Part shown: in pieces, positions 44,407 through 53,335 of the stretch
How positions within the stretch are numbered: the first letter of the stretch is position 1
Layout: each line of letters starts with the position of its first letter
Assembly: GCA_017518735.1 (NCBI GenBank)
Contig: JAFWTY010000033.1
Span: 35,165 to 99,164 of the forward strand
From: Lachnospiraceae bacterium
Lineage (GTDB): Bacteria; Bacillota; Clostridia; Lachnospirales; Lachnospiraceae
Length of the DNA: 64,000 nucleotides
Direction of reading: 5' to 3'
Notes under the pieces: model-generated
Databases searched by the model: none
The model's input: only the letters and a program-made list of their open reading frames with translations
Told to the model about the DNA's origin: nothing
Translations under genes and position numbers: made by a program

Positions 44407-46269
44407 TTACCGGCTTCGGATTTCATCGGTTTCATTCCCGGAATCAGAAAGGTTTTTGCCCTTTTCGGAAGACAAGACGAAAGCAGCCAACAGAGGAAGA
44501 CCAATCATAATCTGAAAAACATACCGGATATTCGCAACCGGTCCGAGAATTACCGTACAAAAATATGTAATCTGTAAAGACGCTGCCGCAAATTCACGGC
44601 GGCGTTTTTGATACAATAAAACACCGAATAAAACAGCCATGATCCAGCAGTAAACCGCGGGTTTGAAAAGGATTGCAACAACCGGCCAGTTTAAGTACTG
44701 CTCGTCGCTGACTATACCCTCTAGGAAATACTGCAGTTTCGGCAGATAAGAATGGGTCGGAACGCCCTCATAGAATTCATCTATCGGTTTGGAAGCATTG
44801 AAGGTTTCAATCAGGCCTCTCATGCTGTCTCTGCCATATCCAAGATACTGGGAAATGGCGATATCATCCGTAAACCAGTAACCGGCCGTCAAGCCCAGAT
44901 AGGCATCGATATAATCGGACGGATACTTTGTTCCGAAATGAACCCAATCCTTCAACATCTGAGGAGTATCGGTCCATGCCTCTGTAGACGAAACAAATTT
45001 GGGTCCGTCCGCAAGGGAAACATTGTGTGTTTCAACCGTTGTGCAACCGGCAATATAACGTTCCATCGTTTCTTTTTCTTCTTCGGATAACTCATTTCTA
45101 CGTATGAATGAAACGCGACTGAACTGCTGAATCGGAACCGAATACATTTCGATTTTTGGTCCGGGAGTTCCTTTTAATACCACGCGGATAAGCGTTCTTC
45201 CGCCAAAACAGCATGCTAAAATGATGATGCTTAAAACCAGTGCACGAATACGCTCTTTTTTCATTGCCAGAACATAGAATAATGCAAAAAGTGCGATTCC
45301 GTAGATTCCGTTTTTACGGAAGAGACACATCATTACTGCGGTAAGAATCATGCCAATCTCATAGCCGATTTTTCCGGAATTTCTGTTTAAGAAACGCTTC
45401 AGGGAAAATACCGTAAAGAATAAGAAAAATGCGGAAAAGAAGATATCTTTTGTCACGCAAAGAGCCAGCACGGAAAAGATCGGAACGATTCCGAAAAAGA
45501 GCGAAGTCAAAAAGACATATCTTCTCTTTTTTGTCAGTTCATAGAGAAACGAAATCGAATAAGCCATCGCCGACGACAGCGTTAACATCTGTACGATGGA
45601 ATACACTGCAACACCCCTGTCGTATCCACCAAGCACTTCTCCGAGAAGCAGGGACATACGGATCAAAAAGGTATGGAATATCGGTTGTAAATCCCAATAA
45701 ACGCCAAGGTAGGACTCCGTAAACTGACGATTGGAGTCGTAGGACATGATACCCGGGTAATAGGCTAAAAATACCGGAATCCAGCAAAGAAAAATGATTC
45801 CCCAGGAAATGAAGAATGCACCTTTTACGCCGAATTTCTTCTTCGCTTCTTCATCAGGCTTCTCCTCGTCAATCCGATTTTTCTTTTGATCCGTCCAGTC
45901 GAATAGCGCCTCAAAGAAAGGCAGAAACGCAAAACTCAAAAAGGCGCTTTTTACCAGATTCCCGATTTTTCCCATGACACCGGGAGCTGTCATTCCGGAC
46001 ACTCTCATCTGATATCCTAAGAAAAACGAAAGGGCAAAAAGGAATGAGAAAACCGCAGAAAAAACAAGTTTTCTCCGATTCTTCCAGAAATGATTTGTTT
46101 GAAGTCTTTTCCGGTAAAAGAAAAATAAAAGGACAGCTCCGGGCAACGTAAAGAAACTCTGAGCTCCGATGATATGCTCTCTGTCAACCGCTGTAAGGAA
46201 GTAGATTCCTATGGTCGCCAGAACCGTAGCGATTGCAGATTCAATTCGAGTTTTCTTTTCGATTTCCAT
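44407..46269 (-). CDS. large polytopic membrane protein with extracytoplasmic domain (GT-C-like candidate)
   Basis: The ORF runs to 46290 (TTG start) or 46287 (ATG). The ATG at 46269 (MEIEKK) has SD AAGAGGA. About 14 hydrophobic segments and a soluble region of about 150 aa before the last TMs. Confidence 0.6.
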   Translation of the reverse strand: MEIEKKTRIESAIATVLATIGIYFLTAVDREHIIGAQSFFTLPGAVLLFFFYRKRLQTNHFWKNRRKLVFSAVFSFLFALSFFLGYQMRVSGMTAPGVMGKIGNLVKSAFLSFAFLPFFEALFDWTDQKKNRIDEEKPDEEAKKKFGVKGAFFISWGIIFLCWIPVFLAYYPGIMSYDSNRQFTESYLGVYWDLQPIFHTFLIRMSLLLGEVLGGYDRGVAVYSIVQMLTLSSAMAYSISFLYELTKKRRYVFLTSLFFGIVPIFSVLALCVTKDIFFSAFFLFFTVFSLKRFLNRNSGKIGYEIGMILTAVMMCLFRKNGIYGIALFALFYVLAMKKERIRALVLSIIILACCFGGRTLIRVVLKGTPGPKIEMYSVPIQQFSRVSFIRRNELSEEEKETMERYIAGCTTVETHNVSLADGPKFVSSTEAWTDTPQMLKDWVHFGTKYPSDYIDAYLGLTAGYWFTDDIAISQYLGYGRDSMRGLIETFNASKPIDEFYEGVPTHSYLPKLQYFLEGIVSDEQYLNWPVVAILFKPAVYCWIMAVLFGVLLYQKRRREFAAASLQITYFCTVILGPVANIRYVFQIMIGLPLLAAFVLSSEKGKNLSDSGNETDEIRSR

Positions 46270-46302
46270 TCCGTCCTCTTTATTCATCAAGGATAATAAA
46301 AT

Positions 46303-47496
46303 TTATTTTAAATAGTATCCCGCCACTTTCTTTACCGCATGAATGGTATCTTCCACGTCCGCATCCGTAAGCGAAGGATACAGCGGAATGCTCATGATTC
46401 CCTTGTAGATTTCTTCCGCATTGGGGCAAAGACCTCTTTCATATCCCAAACGTTTATAATGCGGGAAAAAGTATACCGGAATATAGTGAACCTGACACTG
46501 CACATTCTCGGCACTCATCGCATCGAAAAACTCTCTTCTGGTACAGGACAGTTTTTCGAAATCCAGACGGATAATATACAAATGTCTGCAGGTATCCGAC
46601 TCTTCGATTTCTTTCTGCACAATAATACCGGGAACATTTCGAAATGCCTCGTCATAACGCTTTACGATTTCCTGACGACGGGCTTTAAATCCGTCCAGTT
46701 TCTTTAACTGATTGGAAAGCATGGCTGCCTGGAAATCGGTAAGCCTGTAATTATATCCCAGTGAAACCTGTTCGTAATACCAGACTCCTTCCGAAGGCTC
46801 TTCCAAATATGCCTCATCCTTTTCAATTCCGTGTGTATGAGCAAGATACAGTTTATGATACAATTCCGCATCATTCGTTGTAATCGCTCCGCCCTCGCCA
46901 CAAGTAATTGTCTTTACCGGATGGAAGGAAAAGCAAGTCATATCCGCAAGAGAGCCGACCTTTTTTCCATTGTATGCAGAGCCGATGGCATGTGCGGCAT
47001 CTTCGATAAAAATCAGATTGAATTCATCACAAATGGCACGAATCTCTTCCTGTTCCACACACTGTCCCGTAAAATCAACCGCTACAACCGCTTTTGTCTT
47101 CGGTGTAATATGCTCACGGATGCTCTTCGGATCAATATTGTATGTCTCCGGATTGATGTCAGCAAAAACAGGTGTGGCCCCCACATAAAGTGCACAGTTT
47201 GCACTTGCGGCAAATGTCATGGGTGTGGTGATTACTTCATCACCTTCCTTTAATCCTGCCGCAATGCAGGCACAGTGAAGAGCTGCGGTTCCGTTCGAAA
47301 CCGCAACCGCATATTTTGCGCCGGTATAATCCGCAAGATCTTTTTCCAGTTTTTTCACTGCAGGTCCACAGGTAATATAGTCGCTTAAAAGTACTTCTTT
47401 TACGGCCTCAACATCGGTTTCGTCCACGCACTGTCTGCCATAAAATATCTTCTTTTCTCTAACGGGCTTTCCGCCCATAATTGCCAGCTGTTCCAT
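46303..47496 (-). CDS. DegT/DnrJ/EryC1/StrS family sugar aminotransferase (PseC-like)
   Basis: IFYGRQCVDETDVEAVKEVLLSDYITCGP, AVAVSNGTAALH, FSFHPVKTIT (PLP lysine). Confidence 0.8.
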   Translation of the reverse strand: MEQLAIMGGKPVREKKIFYGRQCVDETDVEAVKEVLLSDYITCGPAVKKLEKDLADYTGAKYAVAVSNGTAALHCACIAAGLKEGDEVITTPMTFAASANCALYVGATPVFADINPETYNIDPKSIREHITPKTKAVVAVDFTGQCVEQEEIRAICDEFNLIFIEDAAHAIGSAYNGKKVGSLADMTCFSFHPVKTITCGEGGAITTNDAELYHKLYLAHTHGIEKDEAYLEEPSEGVWYYEQVSLGYNYRLTDFQAAMLSNQLKKLDGFKARRQEIVKRYDEAFRNVPGIIVQKEIEESDTCRHLYIIRLDFEKLSCTRREFFDAMSAENVQCQVHYIPVYFFPHYKRLGYERGLCPNAEEIYKGIMSIPLYPSLTDADVEDTIHAVKKVAGYYLK

Positions 47497-47511
47497 TTTA
47501 GTCCTCTTAAC

Positions 47512-48426
47512 TTACGGCCAGAGTTTTTCCGGATAAATACCCTCTTTTGCCATTCTTGCAAATTCTTCTCTGGCTACTTGCGTATCCTCCTGATACGTAA
47601 TGCCGATCCATTTTTCATCCGTCGGAAGAATCCGTACGGACGCTTTCTTTTCTTTGATCAATTGATCGATCAAAACAGGTACCAGGAATTCTTTCTTGGT
47701 AAGATCACTTGATTTATCGGAAAGAAACCGAATAAAGTATTCCTCTAAAATATCCAGGAAATCCGCATCGCAGGCCCACATATTCATCGATACGACGCTG
47801 TCCGGGCAAATGATTTCCTTCGACTCTTCCGTGGAAGTAACTGCCACGTTATCCTTTATAGCAATGTCTCTGGATTCAATAACACCGGTAAGCATGCCCT
47901 CTTCATTTCCGACACACACGCCTCTGGTAACGGTTCCGTTTTCACTTACGGTGTTTTTCAAAACGAAACCGGCCATAGCCATACGAAGCATATCCGTTTT
48001 CTCATGCGGAGTAACCAGAAAATCATGCAAAAGGCGGAATGCCTTTTTGCCGTAATAATCATCCGCGTTGATAATAACAAACGGCTCCTTTACGGTTCCC
48101 TTACATGCTAAAATAGCCTGTCCGGTTCCCCAGGGTTTTTTCCTCTCTTCCGGTACCGAAAATCCTTCCGGAAGATCTTCCAACTCCTGAAAAACATACT
48201 CAACAGGCATAACTTTGGCGATCCTGTTTCCGATCACCTCTTTAAACTCTTCTTCTATTGCATGACGAATTACAAATACGACCTTATCGAATCCTGCTTC
48301 TTTTGCATCATAAATCGAATAATCGATAATGATTTCGCCGTTTTCATTCATCTTTGTCAGTTGCTTGATTCCGGTTCCGAAACGGCTTCCGATTCCGGCC
48401 GCCATAATGACAAGTGTTGTTTTCAT
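47512..48426 (-). CDS. sugar-phosphate nucleotidyltransferase
   Basis: Trimmed to the ATG at 48426 (SD AGGGGGA). MKTTLVIMAAGIGSRFG..IKQL, KPWGTGQA, INADDYYG. Intact paralog of the pseudogene at 58639..59561. Confidence 0.75.
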   Translation of the reverse strand: MKTTLVIMAAGIGSRFGTGIKQLTKMNENGEIIIDYSIYDAKEAGFDKVVFVIRHAIEEEFKEVIGNRIAKVMPVEYVFQELEDLPEGFSVPEERKKPWGTGQAILACKGTVKEPFVIINADDYYGKKAFRLLHDFLVTPHEKTDMLRMAMAGFVLKNTVSENGTVTRGVCVGNEEGMLTGVIESRDIAIKDNVAVTSTEESKEIICPDSVVSMNMWACDADFLDILEEYFIRFLSDKSSDLTKKEFLVPVLIDQLIKEKKASVRILPTDEKWIGITYQEDTQVAREEFARMAKEGIYPEKLWP

Positions 48427-48480
48427 TCTCATCCCCCTAAGACTCAAACTAAGAACTGATCATACCATTCTTATCCGTAT

Positions 48481-48510
48481 ATTTTACCACAAAAAGCCCC
48501 TCATCGTCAA
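48481..48510 (-). promoter_or_regulatory. candidate internal sigma-A promoter upstream of the nucleotidyltransferase gene
   Basis: Minus strand reads TTGACG (48505-48510), 18 nt, TGgTAAAAT (48481-48486 plus the TG). Confidence 0.45.
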
Positions 48511-48521
48511 AAGCCTGTCCG

Positions 48522-49691
48522 TCATACCCAACGATACCAGCCGACGCCCTGAGCCCAGAAAAAGAACAATCTGTAAAGCGCTGTGGCTGTCACAAATAAC
48601 GTAAGGAAAAACTTGTAGTGTTCTTTTTTTGTTTCTTCAAAAACCTCGGTAAGCATCCGAATGCTTCCCCAGATCAAAAAGCTCATAGAGCCGAACATTG
48701 CACGGTCCGGAACATGAGGCGAAAGTGCCAGTGCAAGGTAAGAAACGATTCCACCGGCTAACAGCATGTAGGTTGCATAATCCGGTTTTTTCTTCATTAC
48801 CAGACGATAGAGAATAAATACAAAAATTGCTACTACAATTGTAGGCAATAAGTATTCAAAAGATCCCTTAAAATAGTCCAGTACACGTTTGCAAAGATCC
48901 AGTTTCCAGCTGCCGAGCGATTGAATTTCGCTCTCTCTGACATTGTTTCCTGGTGCCAGGATCATAAACGCGGAACCCATAAGCAGAGAAATGCAACCTG
49001 TTATCATCCAAACCGGAATCTTCTTTTTCAATTTACGGGAATAAAGGATAACCGTAGCGACAGCAATCAGGAAATATGTCGGTCCCATGTTTTCATTGGT
49101 CCAGCCGGCCAGTAATCCCCAAAGAAAAACACCGAGCGCCTTCAGTATACCAAGGCCTTTTGATTCTGTTTTCTCTTCGTCTTTATTTCCCGAAAGCTGT
49201 TTGATATAAATCCAGACAAGCGGGAAAGAAAGCATGGTCATATACAGATAATTCGCGGTCCCGGACTGCCATAGCATGGTTTCCAGAATATTCGGATTAA
49301 ATGCAACAAGCATGGATCCCGCCAGAAGAATCATCGTAGCGTCCCACTTCTTTCCGGCCTTTGCAATGAATACGGAAAGCATACAGAAAACGACGGTATT
49401 GCAGATATTGCAAAGAGTTCCGCCGCCAAAAAGCAAAAACTGGAGCAGTGTATGAGCAACAGTTCGCCCGCCCCAGTTATTATAATGCCAAACCTGACTC
49501 TGTACGATGTCACCGACACCCTGAATGCGTTCATTCGTAACCAGATTGGTCCAGTACCACAAATCATCCTGCATAAAGATGACAATGCGGTTACACAGAT
49601 ACAGAATGAATATAAAACATGCCATCAAAAGAAAGACAACAGGTTTGAAAATCTTATTTGATTTATTATGATCCATCTGAAAATCCGACAT
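48522..49691 (-). CDS. polytopic membrane protein (GT-C-like candidate)
   Basis: 389 aa. FMQDDLWYW acidic motif after TM1, then HYNNWGGRTVAH. About 10 hydrophobic segments. Confidence 0.55.
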   Translation of the reverse strand: MSDFQMDHNKSNKIFKPVVFLLMACFIFILYLCNRIVIFMQDDLWYWTNLVTNERIQGVGDIVQSQVWHYNNWGGRTVAHTLLQFLLFGGGTLCNICNTVVFCMLSVFIAKAGKKWDATMILLAGSMLVAFNPNILETMLWQSGTANYLYMTMLSFPLVWIYIKQLSGNKDEEKTESKGLGILKALGVFLWGLLAGWTNENMGPTYFLIAVATVILYSRKLKKKIPVWMITGCISLLMGSAFMILAPGNNVRESEIQSLGSWKLDLCKRVLDYFKGSFEYLLPTIVVAIFVFILYRLVMKKKPDYATYMLLAGGIVSYLALALSPHVPDRAMFGSMSFLIWGSIRMLTEVFEETKKEHYKFFLTLFVTATALYRLFFFWAQGVGWYRWV

Positions 49692-49700
49692 ATATCCGAT

Positions 49701-50201
49701 TTACTTCAAAGGCTTTGCGCCTGCTTTTTCCTGTAATTTCTCAACAGCACGTTTGAATGCGTTTTTCTTCTTCGGAGGAGGAAGTTCCACCTTTCCGTGA
49801 ATTGTTTTTACACCCTGAATATACATACCGCTGATGATTGCCTTAACTTCCTTCTTTACCGGAATGGTATCAAAGATTTTTTCGTCTGCGATCAATGTAA
49901 CAATCTGAGGTCCGACTTTGGCTTTTACAACCGGAACTTTCATTCCTCTGCTCATCTTCGGTGTCTGATCGATTACGGACTGCGGAAATCCCGCATCTTT
50001 GAATTTCACACGTTTCTTATCAATAATCAGCATGGATACCGTCTGGCGATTCGCTGCAAGATACTCTTCCTGCTGCTCCTGTTTCTTCTGCATCTTTTTT
50101 CCGAGAATATATAAAACCACAATTGCCGCAATCAGGACTACCGTCACAATAATAAGCACAATCGACCATGTCGGCATTTTAAACAACATATAGTAATTCA
50201 T
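49701..50201 (-). CDS. membrane-anchored protein of unknown function
   Basis: Trimmed to the ATG at 50201 (SD GGAAAGG). One TM, then a lysine-rich soluble region of about 125 aa. Confidence 0.5.
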   Translation of the reverse strand: MNYYMLFKMPTWSIVLIIVTVVLIAAIVVLYILGKKMQKKQEQQEEYLAANRQTVSMLIIDKKRVKFKDAGFPQSVIDQTPKMSRGMKVPVVKAKVGPQIVTLIADEKIFDTIPVKKEVKAIISGMYIQGVKTIHGKVELPPPKKKNAFKRAVEKLQEKAGAKPLK

Positions 50202-50275
50202 ATTCGTACCTTTCCAAATCCTTATTCGGATAAGCATTGTTTATCCGTGGGTTATTGTAACAAAAAATCCGCCGC

Positions 50276-50710
50276 CTAGCAAGTTTTCGCGGTAATCGTG
50301 ACCGATGCCTCCGATACCGGAATTCCATTGCTTGCAAGTGTGTATTTCAAGGAAATGCGAAGTTCGTTCTCCTTCCACTCGGCCTCGACGCCGGATGTAA
50401 TTATTTCAAAACAGATTTCTCCGAACGGTGTCTGATAAATGCATTCCGTCTCAAAATCATTTATAAACAGCATCTCCGAGTTTACCGGCCCGCTTTTGAC
50501 GATTCTGCATTCTGTTTTGTCGTCTTTCCGATTCAGAAAAACATGCGTTTTAATCTCTTCCTCGGATTCTTCCGCCGTCTCTCTGTAAAACAGTTCCGTT
50601 TCGTCTTCCTTGCGAACCCAGTAACCGTTGGAAAGCGTTTCGATTTCCTCGCGCTCATTTCCCTGCTCCATAATGCCAAGGACATGAACGGTAATCAGTT
50701 GTTTTTCCAT
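50276..50710 (-). CDS. DUF1934 (YwiB-like) beta-barrel protein
   Basis: 144 aa. The pattern ...FYRET....TH.....K......I.K.G...S.M.F......C.YQTPFGEI.F.I.T fits my recollection of the family. Confidence 0.55.
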   Translation of the reverse strand: MEKQLITVHVLGIMEQGNEREEIETLSNGYWVRKEDETELFYRETAEESEEEIKTHVFLNRKDDKTECRIVKSGPVNSEMLFINDFETECIYQTPFGEICFEIITSGVEAEWKENELRISLKYTLASNGIPVSEASVTITAKTC

Positions 50711-50723
50711 AGTCTTGTTCCGT

Positions 50724-51602
50724 TTAGAATTGATAATCCGCCTTCTTTGTCTCCGTCAAAAATACCTGAGCCGAAGAATACTTCTCTTTCATCGATAGAA
50801 ATGCTTTTTCGGCATCTTCCCTTGTCTGAAACAATCCGAATACGGAAGGTCCGCTTCCGCTCATCATGGCTCCGTAGGATCCGAGAGAGATGAAATCGTT
50901 CTTGATTTCTTCTATTTCCGGATATTTTGTAACCGTTACCTTCTCCAGCACATTTCCCATAAGCTTCGCCATACGGCCGAGGTCTTCTTTTTCAATTGCT
51001 TCGCACTGGGATGTGATATCCGGATGTTCCTTCAGTTCATTCGCATGAAGGTTTTCATACACATACTTTGTCGAAACGTCAAAATCCGGCTTAATTAAAA
51101 CAAGCGGAATCTCCGGCAAATCCGAAAGCGGTGTGAGTATTTCTCCGATTCCTTCCGCAAGGAAGGTTCCTCCGGAAATGCAATACGGAACGTCCGCCCC
51201 GATTGGGAGAGAAATCTTTCGAAGTTCATCCTCTGACAGCTGTAGGTCAAAAAGTCTGCTCATTCCGCGAAAGACACAAGCAGCGTCCGTGCTTCCACCG
51301 GCAAGTCCTGCTGCCATCGGTATTCTTTTTTCAAGACGGATCCGAACACCACCGGTAAGACTGTATGTATCTCTCATCAATACGGTGGCTTTATAGATCA
51401 GATTGCTTTCGTCACAGGGAAGTGTAGGATTGTCGGTTGTCAGAATAATACCGTCTTCTTCCGTTCTCTGAATCGTAACCGTATCGTATAAACCAATGGT
51501 CTGCATGATCATCCGCAGATCATGATATCCGTTTGGTCTGCGACCTGTAACATCCAGCCCGAGGTTAATTTTGGCATATCCTTTTTCCGTAACAGAATTC
51601 AT
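50724..51602 (-). CDS. ispE: 4-diphosphocytidyl-2-C-methyl-D-erythritol kinase
   Basis: YAKINLGLDVTGRRPNGYHDL and IPMAAGLAGGSTDAA (GHMP kinase motif). Confidence 0.9.
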   Translation of the reverse strand: MNSVTEKGYAKINLGLDVTGRRPNGYHDLRMIMQTIGLYDTVTIQRTEEDGIILTTDNPTLPCDESNLIYKATVLMRDTYSLTGGVRIRLEKRIPMAAGLAGGSTDAACVFRGMSRLFDLQLSEDELRKISLPIGADVPYCISGGTFLAEGIGEILTPLSDLPEIPLVLIKPDFDVSTKYVYENLHANELKEHPDITSQCEAIEKEDLGRMAKLMGNVLEKVTVTKYPEIEEIKNDFISLGSYGAMMSGSGPSVFGLFQTREDAEKAFLSMKEKYSSAQVFLTETKKADYQF

Positions 51603-51629
51603 ACTTGATAATCCGCTTTCACTTCGCAG

Positions 51630-52532
51630 TTATTTTACACAGCCAATCAGTTCCCGTACGGTTTCCGTACCGGTCTTCTTCAGATAGTCTTCAATTCCGT
51701 CTACCACTTTTATGGTTGCATACGGATCAAAGAAATTCGCAGCGCCGACACTGACCGCGGTTGCTCCGGCCATGATAAACTCCAGCGCATCTTCCGCCGT
51801 TGCAATTCCGCCCATTCCGATGATCGGAATCGATACGGCATTTGCACATTGATATACCATTCTGACTGCCACCGGTCGAATCGCAGGTCCTGAAAGGCCG
51901 CCGGTTTTATTCGCAAGCACAAACTTTCTTCTTGCAATATCAATTTTCATTCCGGTAATGGTATTGATCAAAGAGATTGCATCGGCACCTGCTGCTTCCG
52001 CTGCCTTTGCCATTTCCGTAATGTCGGTTACGTTCGGGCTCAGTTTCATGATGACCGGTTGTTTTGCCTTGCTTTTAATCTCTTTGGTTATCGCATAAAG
52101 CGCCTCTCTTTTCTGGCCGAATGCGATGGCTCCTTCCTTAACGTTCGGGCAGGAAACATTGATTTCCAGCATTGCAACATTGGTATCGGCAAGCCTTTCC
52201 ACAACTTCCAGATAATCTTCCGTTGTTTTTCCGCAGACATTTACAATAACCGGAGTATCAAATGCTTTTAAAAACTCCAGATCTCTTTCGATAAAAACAT
52301 CCACACCCGGATTCTGCAGGCCGATGGCATTTAACATACCGCTCGGCGTTTCCGTTACTCTCGGTGTCGGATTTCCTTCCCAGGGCACATTGGCCACACC
52401 CTTGGTCACAATTGCTCCAAGTCTTCCGATATCCACGAAATCGGTATATTCCATTCCGGAGCCAAACGTTCCGGAAGCCGTCATGACGGGATTTTTGAAT
52501 TCCACACCTGCTATGCTAACCTTTGTATCCAT
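51630..52532 (-). CDS. pyrD: dihydroorotate dehydrogenase 1B, catalytic subunit
   Basis: VEFKNPVMTASGTFG, NVSCPNV, GGLSGPAIRPVA, IGMGGI. Confidence 0.9.
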   Translation of the reverse strand: MDTKVSIAGVEFKNPVMTASGTFGSGMEYTDFVDIGRLGAIVTKGVANVPWEGNPTPRVTETPSGMLNAIGLQNPGVDVFIERDLEFLKAFDTPVIVNVCGKTTEDYLEVVERLADTNVAMLEINVSCPNVKEGAIAFGQKREALYAITKEIKSKAKQPVIMKLSPNVTDITEMAKAAEAAGADAISLINTITGMKIDIARRKFVLANKTGGLSGPAIRPVAVRMVYQCANAVSIPIIGMGGIATAEDALEFIMAGATAVSVGAANFFDPYATIKVVDGIEDYLKKTGTETVRELIGCVK

Positions 52533-52534
52533 GA

Positions 52535-53335
52535 TTAAATCTCCACTTCTTTTGCATCAAAAACAGGTCCTTCGGTGCAAATTCTGGTATTGTTGACATG
52601 CGAATGATCATCTTTGTGAGTGGTCTTCGCCACGCAGCCAAGGCAGGCTCCTACTCCGCATGCCATTCTTTCTTCAAGCGAAATATAGGCAGTGATATTG
52701 TTTTCTTCCGCATATTTTTTAATGGCACGAAGCATCGGCATCGGTCCGCAGGCCATGATGATATCGGGAATAAAACCGCTTTCCCGAAGTGCATCCATTA
52801 CATTTCCTTTTACTCCCACACTTCCGTCTTCCGTTGCAGGAAGCACTTTTCCATAGGATTCAAATTCCGAAAGGAGAAACGTATCCGCGTTGCGATATCC
52901 CATGAAGCTGACGGTTTCTGCACTGATTTCCTTCAACATTCTTGCCGTATAAAGCATCGGCGGAATTCCGATACCGCCACCCATCAATGCAACTTTTTTC
53001 CCTTTTGCAGTTTCAACGGGAAATCCGTTTCCGAGAACCGAAAGAATCTCAACCTCGTCTCCCTCTTTCAATACGGAGATCAGGCGGGTTCCTTCTCCTG
53101 CGATACGATAGACAAAGCGAATTTCTTCTTTTTCTTTGTCACACTCACAGATACTGATCGGGCGAAGCAACAATCTTGCGTCCGAGGGAGGAAATATCCC
53201 TGCGAATTGACCGGGGCAGCAGGCTTTTGCACCTTCCGCTTTTACCCGTAAATCGAAGATTCCTTCCGATATCTCTTTTTGTGATACGACCTGGGCCGTT
53301 TCTTTCTTTCGAAATTTCAATTCATTCATTTTCAC
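52535..53335 (-). CDS. pyrK: dihydroorotate dehydrogenase electron-transfer subunit
   Basis: FAD/NAD-binding fold (RPISI, GGGIGIPP) and C-terminal 2Fe-2S cysteines CGVGACLGC...C. Start is GTG at 53335 or ATG at 53329. Confidence 0.85.
   Translation of the reverse strand: MKMNELKFRKKETAQVVSQKEISEGIFDLRVKAEGAKACCPGQFAGIFPPSDARLLLRPISICECDKEKEEIRFVYRIAGEGTRLISVLKEGDEVEILSVLGNGFPVETAKGKKVALMGGGIGIPPMLYTARMLKEISAETVSFMGYRNADTFLLSEFESYGKVLPATEDGSVGVKGNVMDALRESGFIPDIIMACGPMPMLRAIKKYAEENNITAYISLEERMACGVGACLGCVAKTTHKDDHSHVNNTRICTEGPVFDAKEVEI

Noticed and set aside
49701-50201. Possible YajC-like preprotein translocase subunit, suggested by a single TM followed by K/Q-rich sequence.
   Set aside because: It lacks the conserved RPQ.KR..E...M...L.KGD.V.T.GG pattern. 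The length and C-terminal region do not fit the family.
50221-50247. Two mutually exclusive small hairpins (CGGATAA-N7-TTATCCG versus CTTAT-TCGG-ATAAG) in the leader of the 49701..50201 gene, which could form a regulatory switch.
   Set aside because: The stems are only 5-7 bp and AT-rich. Neither overlaps the SD or a terminator, so there is no mechanistic read-out. This is probably chance complementarity.
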